The notes beneath the pieces are model-generated. The model was not told the origin of the DNA and made no database searches. It worked only from the letters and a program-made list of their open reading frames with translations. Shown here in pieces: positions 43,421-56,189 of a DNA stretch of 64,000 nt. The first letter of the stretch is position 1. Every line of letters starts with the position of its first letter. A program made the position numbers and the translations under genes. The stretch is from contig NC_092673.1 in assembly GCF_964355755.1 (NCBI RefSeq), positions 186,001 through 250,000 on the forward strand, read 5' to 3'. Origin of the DNA: Antedon mediterranea. Taxonomy: Eukaryota; Animalia; Echinodermata.

Positions 43421-45654
43421 ATTTTCTAATACCGCGTGCATATTCCATGATCCTTACTTTAAAGGAATCACATTTAAGTTTGACTTAAGTGAATCAGGCT
43501 CTGGGTTAGATGAGCGTATTATAAGCTTGTTTAGTTAAACTGTTGCACGTTTGCTCCGTCTAAGTTATAGTATCAGTGTACATGTACATTTATGTTACAC
43601 TAATTATGGCAGTACGTCAATTCACTTACCTTCATTAGAATAATATATGAAATATGAATAAATGTGATACCAGGTATTAGATAATCAATATCTCATGTGT
43701 ATATCAACATTTGTTGTTAGTTAACAAAAGGTGTTATTTTTTTTTATTTGTTTGTTTTATGTGTTATAGTTTTTATATTTCTTTGAAATCATCGTTATAA
43801 TAAATTAAATCTTTCATATACCATGATGCTGTTTATAGACAACCTCAATTTACCTTTAGATCCTGTGTAGTGTGTGTGTGTAATCATAATATTATAAATA
43901 CAGTTTAATTAAATTAATTTTCAGACAGTCTCCTCTTGTCAACAATCATTTTAATATAGGCATATTACACTGGAACTCAATGTTTGCACAGTATATTGTA
44001 TATTAGTGTCAATATAACATATTGCATTACACAATCCTTAGATCATCGAAACCCAATTCAATTCCTTCCCCCACATACAGTATTACAATACTCATCTTAT
44101 CTGTGCTTTTAAATTGGGTGATTGTATTATTTAATACAACTTAATGTTACTCCTACACACTTAATCACGGTTGATGGTGGGACTTAATCACGGTTGATGG
44201 TGGGACTTAATCACGGTTGGTGGTGGAGGATTTTATTTCAGATATTAGGCTGGTTGTTTAAAATTATATTTTCATATCTCTATCTTGTTTTTTTGCTCTC
44301 ATGGAAAACCTCTATGAATGCTTCGATTTACTTTTTACCTGTGATCGATACATTCCTTACATGAATACATAATCAACGCACGATAAATATATATTTAATA
44401 TATAAATATGGTGTTATCATCACTGCTGACAGCGAAAATTTTACTTAATTAATCTGGGCCGAGTTACCTAAATGTGTCATTTTCATAGCCACTCCACACT
44501 CTCATATTTTTTGTTTTATTATGTCAGAATATAGTAGCTTAATATATTAGTTTAAAAATATGTAAAAAATTTCCATCACAAGAAAGAATAGGCCTATTAT
44601 ACAAACACAATTTCTAATACGTGACAGAACAGAATATTGGTGTTTGCATAAATTATAATAATTTCGTACATTATACAAAAATAAATGGACAATGGGATCA
44701 TAATGAAACCATCAATACAGTTTTCAATGCAACTTATGTGTGATGTGTAGGCTATAAAACTTGCGGACAAAAGAATAATACGACATCATTATAGTAATGA
44801 ATGATTGACATGTTCTTGTCGTCACAAATAGGTAATTTAGGTCATCATGTATACTTATTGACTTGACCAACTTAATAGTGACTTTGTACGATATGATGAT
44901 ATTGATGGCATTGGTTTTATGTTCATTATTATTATGTTGCATTTATTTTGCATATTGTAATTTAATAATTAAGTTTATTAAGCAGTTAATCAAATAGCAA
45001 TTATAAGATGGTTTGATCGATATTTAGGCATTGCATTATAATACGGTCATGTCAGTTTTTCATTGTCACATGATCAACTGTGCGTATGTCGCTATGTATG
45101 TGACAATTTTTACACGTGATTCAGGGAGTGACACTTTTATATAGACGCATTCATCATGATTAATTTATGTCATAAATCTGTGATAATCACGAGTTATGAG
45201 TAGGGCTATTGAAATGTAATTAATTACATTCATTATTATGTTGTTTTGTTTCATTTTGTACACTAAGCGTCTAGTAGGCCTCTAAAGCTCTGTCCACACT
45301 ATCCAACTAGTTTGACAAGTGTGTTGTTCCCAAATATGGTAGTGACATCATCATGTCCATATATGGGCACATCACATTTTTTGATGTATATGTATTGACT
45401 TGTCTCAGGCTCTAGTTCCATTAAATAGTATTCTCGTTTTTATCTTTTTGTCAGTACGTATGAAAAGATATGTGCGTTAAAATGTCATTTCATCATCAAG
45501 AGTGTCGTCATTAACAACCACAACCTTCATCAATTTTCATAGACATTGTTTGTTTTATTATTTATTTCATACGCATCCAACAGCGAGTAACTCGGGATAA
45601 TACGGGATGGATAAACTATTTCATAATTTACCATGCTTATAAATTAAGTCTCAT

Positions 45655-45790
45655 TTGAGGCTTAGGGAGTGGAGTTGTTAAAGAGTCGTGAGTTACAACC
45701 CTGCCACGAGGTCATGATTGAACCATGGACCTTGAGATTGGAAGGCAAGCACGTTAAGCTGCTGTCAGCTCCACTACTTAACCCCAGGCT
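45655..45790 (-). mobile_element. Degenerate tRNA-derived SINE head
   Basis: GTGCTTGCCTTCCAATCTCAAGGTCCATGGTTCAATC resembles a tRNA anticodon arm and B box. Confidence 0.5.
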
Positions 45791-47647
45791 GCTCCACTAA
45801 CTTCTGTTGTTAATTGATATATGTTTTCCATGTAATTCATACCGGTACTCAATTTAAAAACGACAAGTTAATTAATTAGACCAAGTGTGTTACTGTTTTA
45901 AGTATCAGATATTTGATTGTTTACTTTTCTTAGTTTTATATTCTTTTATGCTTTGTCGGGTCGTCGCCCAGACCGAGTATGGATCATCATATCAATCAAT
46001 TAATATAAGAATTGAGAAATCAGAATAATAGAACTATTTAGTATAAATAACACGTGCTTTGTCTTTCAACGCCAAGAAGGAGTCTTTTGTTCTAAATATT
46101 TTAATACGAGTGAATGATAGTAGAAGAATATGATGAGGCATCGGTATTTTGAACACATGCCGAAAGCAGAATGTCTTAATAGAATTTACCCATATTTATT
46201 AATACTTTTATGCGCTTTATTTTCCATAAGCATTAGTGAATAAATTCAAACATTGATTTTATTATAAACTCGTACATCTTTAAAGTCGTTTTTCCATGGA
46301 TAGAATGGAAATGAATGACAGTCAGGTAGTGATTGGTTTATGCTATCAATCAACTGTTGTATAAGGGACAGGGTGGGGAGGTGTACGTGTTTTTCCAATC
46401 AAACTTCCACACAAATTGTATATGTAGAAAAGAAACAACATTAATGTTACCAGAGTCAATTCTTATATTTTATGATCTGTAGAATTAAGTAACAGAAAGT
46501 CAGCTACTAAGTTATTTTACGTTTACTTCATTACGCGTCTTCATTTCCTCTCATATGCTATTTCAGAGTGGGATAAAATTGTCAAATTTCAAAAATGGTA
46601 TCTTAGATGATCCGTCGACAGATACATATAGAATATGACATTTGATTTTAATAGCCTTACTCAAATGAAGACAATTGTACTAGGCTATCATGTGTGTGTA
46701 CTAAGGCGCCAATTCATTCATCTTTTAGGCAACCTATATTGCACAATTATCGTTGTGTAACTATACTGTGTTCATTTATGTTTCTATATTAATTCAGTAT
46801 TCATAATCTGAAGAAGAACGATCTTATATTCAATAGTGTTTTACAAAACGTTATAATACGTTCATAATGACGTCATGATAAGTATTACTATAACGAATAA
46901 GTAAATCTGTCTAGAATCATTAACAAATTACACCGAGGTTAAATTACACCGAGGTTAAACTTGGCTTTTAAAAATAGAAGTAATCTGTTGTTAAATTAAA
47001 TTTTATTTTGACGTTTCAACGTTTGCTAACAGCATCACAAATCGAATTGTTATAAAATGCATGTTGGGGGTGAGGTGGGACAATTATTTTTTTAATACCG
47101 ATATCCAAAGGACAGAATAAGCCTACATAGATGTACGACCTGTTTTAACCTGAAATTCCCTCTACCCGCATTGCAAATATTGTCAACAAAAACAAGAATC
47201 ACCCATTTATACCCTTTCTTTACCTCCACACATCGCCATCTATCACCAAACCATCCAGAAAATTAGAATCTCCAAATACAGTTTCAAACCAGAAATGATC
47301 GATATGCATATTTCAAGATAGAGGGCAGCAGGTGGCGACTGTATTACGCATGATTCTATTCTGCACAGTTCTCTACGGTTCGGTATATTATTTGAGTCTC
47401 AGCTTTTATAATATCAACACTTGGAGTCATTAAGAAACAAACATTTGAATATATACTGATTTTAGTTTATTATTTTTTTAAAGAAATGTCCTTGCATCAA
47501 CGGTTATTAGCTATGAAATATGTATACCATCCCAATGAGTATACGGTTATTGGCTATGAAATATCAAGGCCTTAAACTGTAAACATACATTAAATTGCTA
47601 TTTAAAAACCGTGTAAATTCTTCTGCTTGAAAATCTGACATATCAGC

Positions 47648-48073
47648 TTAAAGTACGCCTGTAATGAAATCAACCAAATAATTAGAAATGGGTATATCGA
47701 TCACTTTCAATTAGATGAACATTTGTGTTTTTTCACCCAATGGAAAATAAATTTAATAAAAATAACATTAGGCCTATCATATACTTACATTCATATGTGA
47801 CCTCCAGATATTTTTAGGTGCCAACACATGGATCACCAAACACATTGTTTTTGGCAATTACACTGCACGAACTCTTGCCATCACAAATCTGGTTTACCTT
47901 TGAGATGGATGTTTGCGCAAGGCATGACAAACTGGGCGATGATGCAGAGCCTGCGCAGCGTGAACTGTAAGGCACGGACCGTCCGTATGCAGCACACAGT
48001 ATATTAATCTTGTGATTTCCACAGTTTATCGACATTGTGTCGCGTTCACACGCAAATCTAGTGACGGCAGCAT
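47648..48073 (-). pseudogene. SUEL/D-galactoside-L-rhamnose-binding lectin, copy 1, premature stop
   Basis: Exon 48073-47789 (TTTACAG acceptor, GTAAGT donor) reads AAVTRFACERDTMSINCGNHKINILCAAYGR...C...C...[32 protein letters not shown]. This has the SUEL YGR and DPC.GT.KYL motifs, with TAA (47814-47816) where Tyr is usual. The terminal micro-exon 47658-47648 gives CVL*, and AATAAA is near 47470. Confidence 0.9.
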
Positions 48074-49584
48074 CTGTAAATTTGTAATAATAGATAGTAA
48101 ATTAGGTTGATGTCTGCCAACACTTTATCAAAAACCACCGCAAAAACTAATGAGGAATGCGCATGTGTATTTTCTCCCATTCTTAAAATGTTAAATTAGT
48201 TACCAGAGCCACAATTACGAATCTTTCTTCAACCTACGCCTGGATACCAGCTCATTTTTTAGGATAATATAATAAATGTATAAATGTGTAGGCCTTCGTA
48301 TAGATTTGTAAGACAATGAGTTGTAAAACAGTGTTGTAAGACAATGAGTGTTATAGGCTACTTATTGATCATTTTGCATTTATTGACAAGTTATGTGTCT
48401 TACTTTTATAATGACTTTTCAAAATGAAGGGAAAAAAAAGGATTTCATCGCCGATATGATTGTTTTACATGCAGGTATTTTAGTAAAATTTAAAACGCTA
48501 CATTTTGACCATGGAAAAACTATCGTACAGTATCGTGTGCGTGTTTTTTAAAAAGGGGAATCCCCGACGGTCAGCAGAAAGACGTAGCAGCTGTGAGGAA
48601 ACAGATACCAGAAGGCGCAGCTCCGATTGGTTTCAGAGAATGTTTCAGATAGCGAGTCGCCTTTTATTCAACAGCACAATGATCATTTTACTGAAGAAAT
48701 TCTTTTCAACCCTTTTGGTTTTAGAACATTCTAATTAACATGCCTAATAAATATCCTCATATCGGGTGTATATTTAATTTTAAATTAAACAAGACAGTGA
48801 AGAGGCACGGAATAATACGTACGACGAATACACACACGCACGACATATAGTGGTGATATGATGCAATTTTATAATTGATATAATGATGGGATTGCCTTTC
48901 CAGGCTTACAATCAATGTCCATTGTAATACTATGTATATAATACTAAACTGAATGTTTATAAATAAATTGTTTTACGTAATTTGTTGCATATAAAATAAA
49001 AGACACAGACGCAGTCTACGTTTCCTATAAAATATTTCACATTTAAATAATTATGTACTGTCAAATGACATTATGCTGGATAATACTATAATCTTAAACT
49101 ATGTTTACAAATTGTCATTTTTTTAAGGCACACATCTTTCCCATCATACTGACCTGTAAAATAAAAACAAAAATCAATTATTAATATAGGCCTAATAATA
49201 ACAATAAATATTCATCGACCAAAGTAAAAATAATCTAGATCGTATAACATCATTTTTATCGCGACCAAAATTAAACGCGACCGATTTCGAACGCGACTGA
49301 TATCATCGTAAAACTCCGGCGGGGTTTCCCCATCTTCAGAATGGTGCGTTGTAGTGCGACAACGGCGGAGTAATTACGGGGTTTCCCTCTGCTGGTAAGC
49401 TATAGCACGTTAGTGCGACCGCTGAGTGATTAGTCGGGGTTTCCACTCTGATGATAGGGGTGCGTGCCGATCGTGTGACCTGAGACTACATGGCGGGGCT
49501 TCCCCTTTTATGCCTACACGTTCCGTGTTATTTTGTGTATCATTGCGACATTTTACGCACTTGTAAACTATTTTTTAACGTTTT

Positions 49585-49750
49585 GGGCGACTTTGCGATA
49601 GGGCGACTTTGTGATGGGGCGACTTTGCGATGGGGCGACTTTGCGTTCGGGCGACTTTGCGATGGGGCGACTGTGTCGGGGCGACTTTGCGATGGGGCGA
49701 CTGTGTAAGGGGCGACTTTGTATGGGGCGACTTTGCGATGGGGCGACTTG
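49585..49750 (+). repeat. ~16-bp GGGGCGACTTTGCGAT tandem array, likely subterminal repeats of a DNA transposon
   Basis: About 10 imperfect copies; source of the spurious ORFs at 49490-49834. Confidence 0.8.
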
Positions 49751-49760
49751 ACTAGCATCC

Positions 49761-49995
49761 ATACACACGTGTGTATTGACGACGTCGATGTAAACAAACA
49801 GCCAACTTACTACTTCCGTCTGAGTGTATTGCATTTTGGGTAATGATGACGTTTTGCTCGACGACCACCCATAGATTTAACCGGTTATTTCGGAGCACAA
49901 ATTGAGCAGAAACGCGGTCTTGTTATTGTTATCTATTTTTAATCTATTTTAAAATAACCGGTTAAATTGCGTTATGCAGCAGAAACAGACCCTTA
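49761..49995 (-). mobile_element. DNA-transposon end (GGGTCTGTTTCTGCTGC terminus, preceded by TAA)
   Basis: Inverted copy of 57-280 that retains an apparent terminus and a TAA flank, which is Harbinger-like. Confidence 0.7.
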
Positions 49996-50039
49996 GTTTC
50001 TGGTAAAAGCCCGGAAAATATTGAAAATTCTTTAAGTAC

Positions 50040-50250
50040 CAACCTTGATTCATGTCACACTTGGTTAATCAATCATGAACTTTCACTACACGTTAATAAA
50101 ACTGAGGCTATTCTTTTTGGCCCAAAGAAAAAAGTTAAACATGTTGAAGAATTTAAAGTATATTGTAATGGTAAAGAACTATCACGGAAGCATTCTGTTA
50201 AATACTTTTGTGGTGAAACCATGGTAGGAAACGTACTTGTAAAAATGTAT
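50040..50250 (+). mobile_element. LINE RT fragment
   Basis: Reads NLDSCHTWLINHELSLHVNKTEAILFG...SVKY, typical of the RT region after YADD. Confidence 0.65.
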
Positions 50251-51939
50251 GATTAACAAAATCAAAATTTAACAGTGTGGCGTGTTGACCGCGAATAACC
50301 ATACCATCTTTCCCACTACACCTCAACCATTGCATAACAACGCACGGCATACCAAATCGTTTCGCACACCTGCGATGAAATATAAATTCAATTATTTTAA
50401 AATTAAGGGCACTAAAAATAAAATTTAAAGGTTGAAAAAAAATTAAATTAAAAAAAAGATGTTACATGTGCTCTCCCTGACTCAGCACTAAGGCCCTGCC
50501 ACAGCCTTTTGGGGTCGTTTCCAGCACATCACCAGATGCATGTGTTGTCGCCCCATGATGTGTGGTGAAAAGGGGGACGTATAATTCTGTGAACTCCGAA
50601 CACAGCTGCTCGCATAGCTTTAACTATTCCACCGATCAGCGTGGGAATCAAAACTCACGACATACGTCGTGTTGTTAACACGACGCTCATGCGACTGATG
50701 TAACTGGTCATTTTGGTTTTAGAAGGTTAATATGATACTTTTGATGTAATGATGAATATACACGTATAAATAGAATATTATCAGCTGTTTAGTAATGTAC
50801 TACTTTGTGGCGTAACGGATAATGCTCAGGTTTGAGTGTTCTCCGCTCTAGATTGGGTTCGAACCTCTACGGTTATTTTTTTTTAATTGAAAATAATGAA
50901 TATTGTTTTTTATTTTGAAAAAAACATATTTTGAGGGTTATAAATGTCAGGCCTAAACAAGTGGACCTTTTCTAATCAGAAACAAAGTTGTATTGCATTA
51001 TTTTCCATTAAATAGACTGCCATAAAAAGAAGCCCATTTACCCCTTCATTTTTAGTACTCTTGGTGGGCTTCTTTTCCACATCGAGATTACTTTTGTAAA
51101 CTAAAGGAGGGGAACTGCTAGGTTCCCGCCCGGAAAATATTTTATTTAAATGATTTGAACAATCTGCTAATGTAAAGATGAACAACATCAAAATGTAACA
51201 GTGTGGCCTGTTGACCGTGAATGACTATATACCATCTGTTTAAAATAGAGGTGCAAGGTCCCCGGAAAATGACATCTATTATTTTTTTTAACAACATGTA
51301 TAAGAATCTTAAGTACCCCACTATGGTTGGGGCTGAGCAAAGGAAATTTTATAAAAATAGAGCTGCATAGGTTCCCGCCCGAAAAAAATGACACTTTACA
51401 TGATTTTTTGAAAAAATATATGAAACAAACTATATAAGACTAACCAGGACAATAGAGCTTGTCCAATTTCCGGGCACCTCCACCCAACCATTGGTGGGCT
51501 TGTCATGTAGACTTATAATTTCGTTTCATATTTTAATGTAGGCCTATACGTGCAATTTCATGTCGTAACATCATTAGGAAACAAACCAAGATAATCTTTT
51601 GAAAATGTAAATGTGAAGACGCAACGTTGTTTAAGCTTGGTTCTCAAAATTTCTCATACGCCGCAACGCAAACCAATCACAAGCAAGTTGAAATAAGCCT
51701 ATCTTTCGATTGGTCAATTGGCTTGTGTTGCGTGCTAGTGTTAACCAAGTTATAATTGCGGCCTGCCTTTGGATTTATTGTTTATTCCTGATGATGATAA
51801 CATTAAAATAGAAATGTTAAATTAATTTGTCTGTTATTTGGAGTTAGTGTTATACTATGTTATTTAAACATCATTGTATACATTGGTTAAATACGTCGAT
51901 TTTTAAATATATATATAATCGAATCTTCCAGTGGTGGGA

Positions 51940-52220
51940 CTACATTTAGAAAAAAGTAGAGCTATTCTTAAAAATATTAATGCCTTGTTCAGTGATTTCG
52001 AGCTCATGTCCATGGGCGTCGCTTTCGATGCCCGACATGTAGAACAAACCGGAAAAGAAATTCGTTTTTGCCAGTGGCCATCCAGACTCTTAAATTCTTG
52101 AACTTTGACTCTTGTTATATTATATTGTGATATTTTTTATATTTTGTAAGATCATTTTAATTTTTATCTGAATTGCCCCGTGTGGGATGATGATGAACAT
52201 TTTGAATTGAATTGAATTTA
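51940..52220 (+). mobile_element. Rex/CR1-group LINE 3' remnant with (ATTGA)n tail
   Basis: GRRFRCPTCRTNRKRNSF resembles the C-terminus of the 56-58 kb element; ends in TTGAATTGAATTGAATT. Confidence 0.6.
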
Positions 52221-52893
52221 TAGATTTGAAACATTTTAATTTTTTTAGGAGGCGCTTTTTTGAAGACTAATGTTTATGAATGTCTTGTTTATGAATGTCT
52301 TGTTTACGATTAAAGTTAAAGTTATAATTTTTAGTACGGTTTTATTTCTTATTGACAAAATAAATTACAATAATTTGCCTTATAAATAGTTATATGTTGA
52401 ACCGCCGTTGATACACACGTCACCACGAACTGTTTCCAATCTGAACTTCCCTCTACCCACTTTGTAAAAAAAAATACAAGAATCACCCCATTTATACCCT
52501 TTTCTTCACCTCCACACATCGCCATCCATTACCAAACCAAACATCCAGAAAACTGGAATAAAATCCAGATTATCGTATGCATGTTTCAAGATAAAGGGCA
52601 TGGTGCCGACTGTGTTATGTCGGATTCTATTCTGCACATTTCACTGTTTGGTATATTCATTTGAGTATCAGCTTTTATTGATAATATGAACACCTAAAGT
52701 CATTAAGAAAGACACATTTGATTATACTGATGTTAGTTTATTATTTAAAAAAAAACTGGCATCAATATCAACAGTTATTAGCTATGAAATATGTATGAGT
52801 AGGCCTACACCATAAACTTTAAACTTATGCCTATATTAAATTGTTATTTAAAAACCGTGTAAATTCTTCTGCTTGACAATCCGTCACACCAGT

Positions 52894-55103
52894 TTAAAAT
52901 TCAACTGTAATGAAATCAACCAAATAATTATAAATGGACATATCGATCACTTTAGTTTGTTTCTATAACAAAATTGTAATTTTTTTAACCTAATGATGAA
53001 TTTGGAAATATATCTGATTGGATATTTGAATATGTAAAATTGTAATAAAATCTTTTTTATATTTAACCGATGTTTTTAGGCTATACTAAGTAAAATTAAA
53101 TCGGGAGAGTATTGTTAATGTCAATAGTCAACTGATTTCCACGGTAATGTTAGATAAACGTTTGTGAAGGTGGTGGATGAGGAATACAGGTCATGTGGAA
53201 GGAGGAGGAAAATACACATAAATGAAAATATACATTAGGCCTATTATACTTACATTCAAATGTGACCTCCTCAAGAAATTAAGTGTAGGTACCTGGATAT
53301 GGATCGTCAAACACAATGTTCTTGGCATAAACACTGCACTCTCTGTTCCCATCCATACAAAGCTGTTTTTCTTTGAGTTGGATGGTTGCGTAATGCACGA
53401 CCGTCTGAGTGGTTTTGAAGTGGAGCAGTGTGCTCTGTACGACACAGGCCGTCCGTATTCAGTACAATGTACATTAATCTGGTGATTTCCACAGTTTATC
53501 GATATTGTGTCGTGTTGACGGGTGTCACGAAAGCTCAGACCACGAAAACTCAGACCCCCTAAGACCTAAGATCACGAAAGCTAAGACCCAACACCTAAGC
53601 TTACAAATACTAAGATATACTACAGATTAAAAACAATACTTGTTTATCCATACATAATTTTAAACACAGTAGGTTTCATTTATTACCATAAATATAATAT
53701 AATACTACCGCAAAACATAGATAAACTCACATTATTTTCGCCCGTTGAGTAAATGTATATTTTTTCTTTACAACAAACAAACTTGACGGGTTGTTTGTTG
53801 GTATATATTTACTCCATTGTGTTGGTTCAGAGGATGTTTTTCTTACGCACCTGCCTTTCTTGTATTTTGACTCCAAATTTGTTGACTAACTTTATCCTGA
53901 ACACCACACTTTAAAATTAGGACTTATAAGTACTTTCAGAATGAGAAACACATAATAACAAATAAATAAATCCTTTAAATTGATGATTTTACATATGTGT
54001 TTCTTTGTATACTGTAATGTAACTCCTCGAGCTCCCACCATGCTCAATGTTTTTGTTTCCATGGAGCGCCAAAAGAGCAACAATAATAGTACAAGCATAA
54101 AAACAGAAAGAAAACGAAACAAAAAAACTTATCATGATTTTTAAATTAAAATTTATTTGCCAGTATTTATTTCTTCGTACTTGCATGATTATACTATTAT
54201 CATTACAATTTCAATTTTACATTGTTCCATCCACACTGTAGATGGACTCCACAGAGTTTTCAGCCCTCTATATAATTTTTGCTCTTTTGACGTTCCATAG
54301 AAACAAAAACATTGAACATGGGGTAGGCCTACTGTAGTACTGTAGGCTAGTCATTTTGTGTGCGAGAAAAACGTCTGTAAAATCATCAATTTAAAAATGT
54401 ATTTGTTACTTTTTATGTGATTCTTTTTCATGAAAGTGCCAATTCTAAGGTGTGGTATTCAGAATAAATGTTGGGAGTTAAAATACAAGGCAGGTGCGAA
54501 AGATAAATATTTGTAATCTTAGGTGTTGGGTCTTAGCTTTCGTGATCTTAGGTCTTAGGGGGTCTGAGCTTTCGTGGTCTGAGCTTTCGTGACACCCTCG
54601 TGTTGACACACATATCTAGTGACGACAGTACCTGTAAATTTGATAATCAGTGATAATAATTATTCTTTATATCGTTTGAAGATTTGCATGGCGTGATCAA
54701 ATATTAGTTCTGAAAAGAACTGTTGAGTTTTATGACGTTTCGATCAATACTGCGCTTTGATCGTCCTAAGGAGAGAGAATTAATGTTTCGAAAACGAAAC
54801 TTGAGTTAAAATACGGTATCAGCTATATTTATTCAAATTTTCTTTAGCTCAGCTAGCTCCAAGGTTTAACACCTTTCAAATAATCTTTGGCACCGGTGCA
54901 TAATTTAATGATTTACAAAATACAACAAAAAATAATCTTTTGGATTTATCGGCCGATTTCGTCATAGAATAGTTGTAGAAACATTTTTAAACCAGGGGCT
55001 AAACAAGTAATTTTTTTTATATTTGGCCTAGTTAACGTATGTAATACTCACTACTTGCTCCGAAGAAAACAGCCAATAAGCAGACAGCCACAAAGATCTT
55101 CAT
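52894..55103 (-). pseudogene. SUEL/rhamnose-binding lectin, copy 2: signal-peptide exon plus a lectin exon disrupted by a MITE and frameshifts
   Basis: Exon 55103-55052 encodes MKIFVAVCLLAVFFGAS with a phase-1 GTGAGT donor. Exon 54631-53254 reads TVVTRYVCQHDTISINCGNHQINVHCTEYGR... once the 53520-54597 insertion and one TSD copy are removed, and is frameshifted relative to copy 1 after SK. The terminal exon starts at 52904. Intron and 3' flank sequence is homologous to copy 1. Confidence 0.88.
53520..54597. mobile_element. Non-autonomous MULE-like DNA transposon (MITE) inside lectin copy 2
   Basis: ~80-bp TIRs (GGGTGTCACGAAAGCTCAGACCACG... and ...CTTTCGTGACACCC), further internal inverted repeats, and a 10-bp TSD TCGTGTTGAC at 53510-53519 and 54598-54607. 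Removing it restores collinearity with lectin copy 1. Confidence 0.93.
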
Positions 55104-55285
55104 TTTTTATGTTTCTGTATTCTGCAACTGAAATTAATTGTGAATCGAATGATAAATGTGATGGTATTTATACTTTTCCTCAAGGAAATTTAACATTCCG
55201 GATAAAGGAAAAGTTTACTGAGTTGTTTGATGTTTATCTTATATCTGAAACATCTGAAAAGGGGTGCAGCAGCCATGGTTATATA

Positions 55286-55945
55286 GATAGTTTATATCTG
55301 AAACATCTGGACCTTGAATTTATAGAAAAGGGGTGCAGCAGCCATATATAGATAGTTTATATCTGAAACATCTAGACCTTGAATTTATAGAAAAGGGGTG
55401 CAGCAGCCATATATAGATAGTTTATATCTGAAACATCTAGACCTTGAATTTATAGAAAAGGGGTGCAGCAGCCATATATAGATAGTTTATATCTGAAACA
55501 TCTAGACCTTGAATTTATAGAAAAGGGGTGCAGCAGCCATATATAGATAGTTTATATCTGAAACATCTAGACCTTGAATTTATAGAAAAGGGGTGCAGCA
55601 GCCATATATAGATAGTTTATATCTGAAACATCTAGACCTTGAATTTATAGAAAAGGGGTGCAGCAGCCATATATAGATAGTTTGTATCTGAAACATCTGG
55701 ACCTTGAATTTATAGAAAAGGGGTGCAGCAGCCATATATAGATAGTTTATATCTGAAACATCTGGACCTTGAATTTATAGAAAAGGGGTGCAGCAGCCAT
55801 ATATAGATAGTTTATATCTGAAACATCTGGACCTTGAATTTATAGAAAAGGGGTGCAGCAGCCATATAGATAGTTTTAGAAACATCTGGACCTTGAATTT
55901 ATAGAAAAGGGGTGCAGCCATATATAGATAGTTTTAGAAACATTT
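55286..55945. repeat. 65-bp minisatellite, ~10 copies, upstream of the lectin signal exon
   Basis: Unit GATAGTTTATATCTGAAACATCTAGACCTTGAATTTATAGAAAAGGGGTGCAGCAGCCATATATA. Confidence 0.95.
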
Positions 55946-56096
55946 AAACCAGAGGCTAAACTTAAATATGTTTGCTTATATTTGGCCTAGAATCTAACGT
56001 GTGTAATACCCACTATTACTTGTAATAATAAGCAGACATCAGCCACAACAAAGAGCTTCATTCATTCAGTTTGATGATTCTGTATTCTGAAACTGA
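55925..56096 (-). pseudogene. Degenerate duplicate of the lectin signal-peptide exon region
   Basis: Diverged direct copy of 54965-55135; it reads ATG(56061) MKLFVVADVCLLLQVI followed by a GTGGGT donor in a different phase. Confidence 0.6.
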
Positions 56097-56189
56097 CATC
56101 GCTTTTCATCCATAAATTTGGAAATTACAGTGTTCATAGCTTTCTCTCTCATCAAATATAACAACAGACTTAAATACAGACAAAATAAT

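Noticed and set aside
8393-44226. Short local direct duplications (8393-8550, 24181-24383, 25286-25410, 33319-33443, 44158-44226)
   Set aside because: Ordinary slippage or tandem duplications with no further structure.
48204-49153. Candidate upstream exons for lectin copy 1 (48204-48233 and the acceptor at ~49154)
   Set aside because: I could not build a phase-compatible exon encoding a signal peptide from them.
49490-49834. SPxK/SRP-rich ORFs
   Set aside because: They arise from the GGGGCGAC tandem array and an adjacent transposon end.
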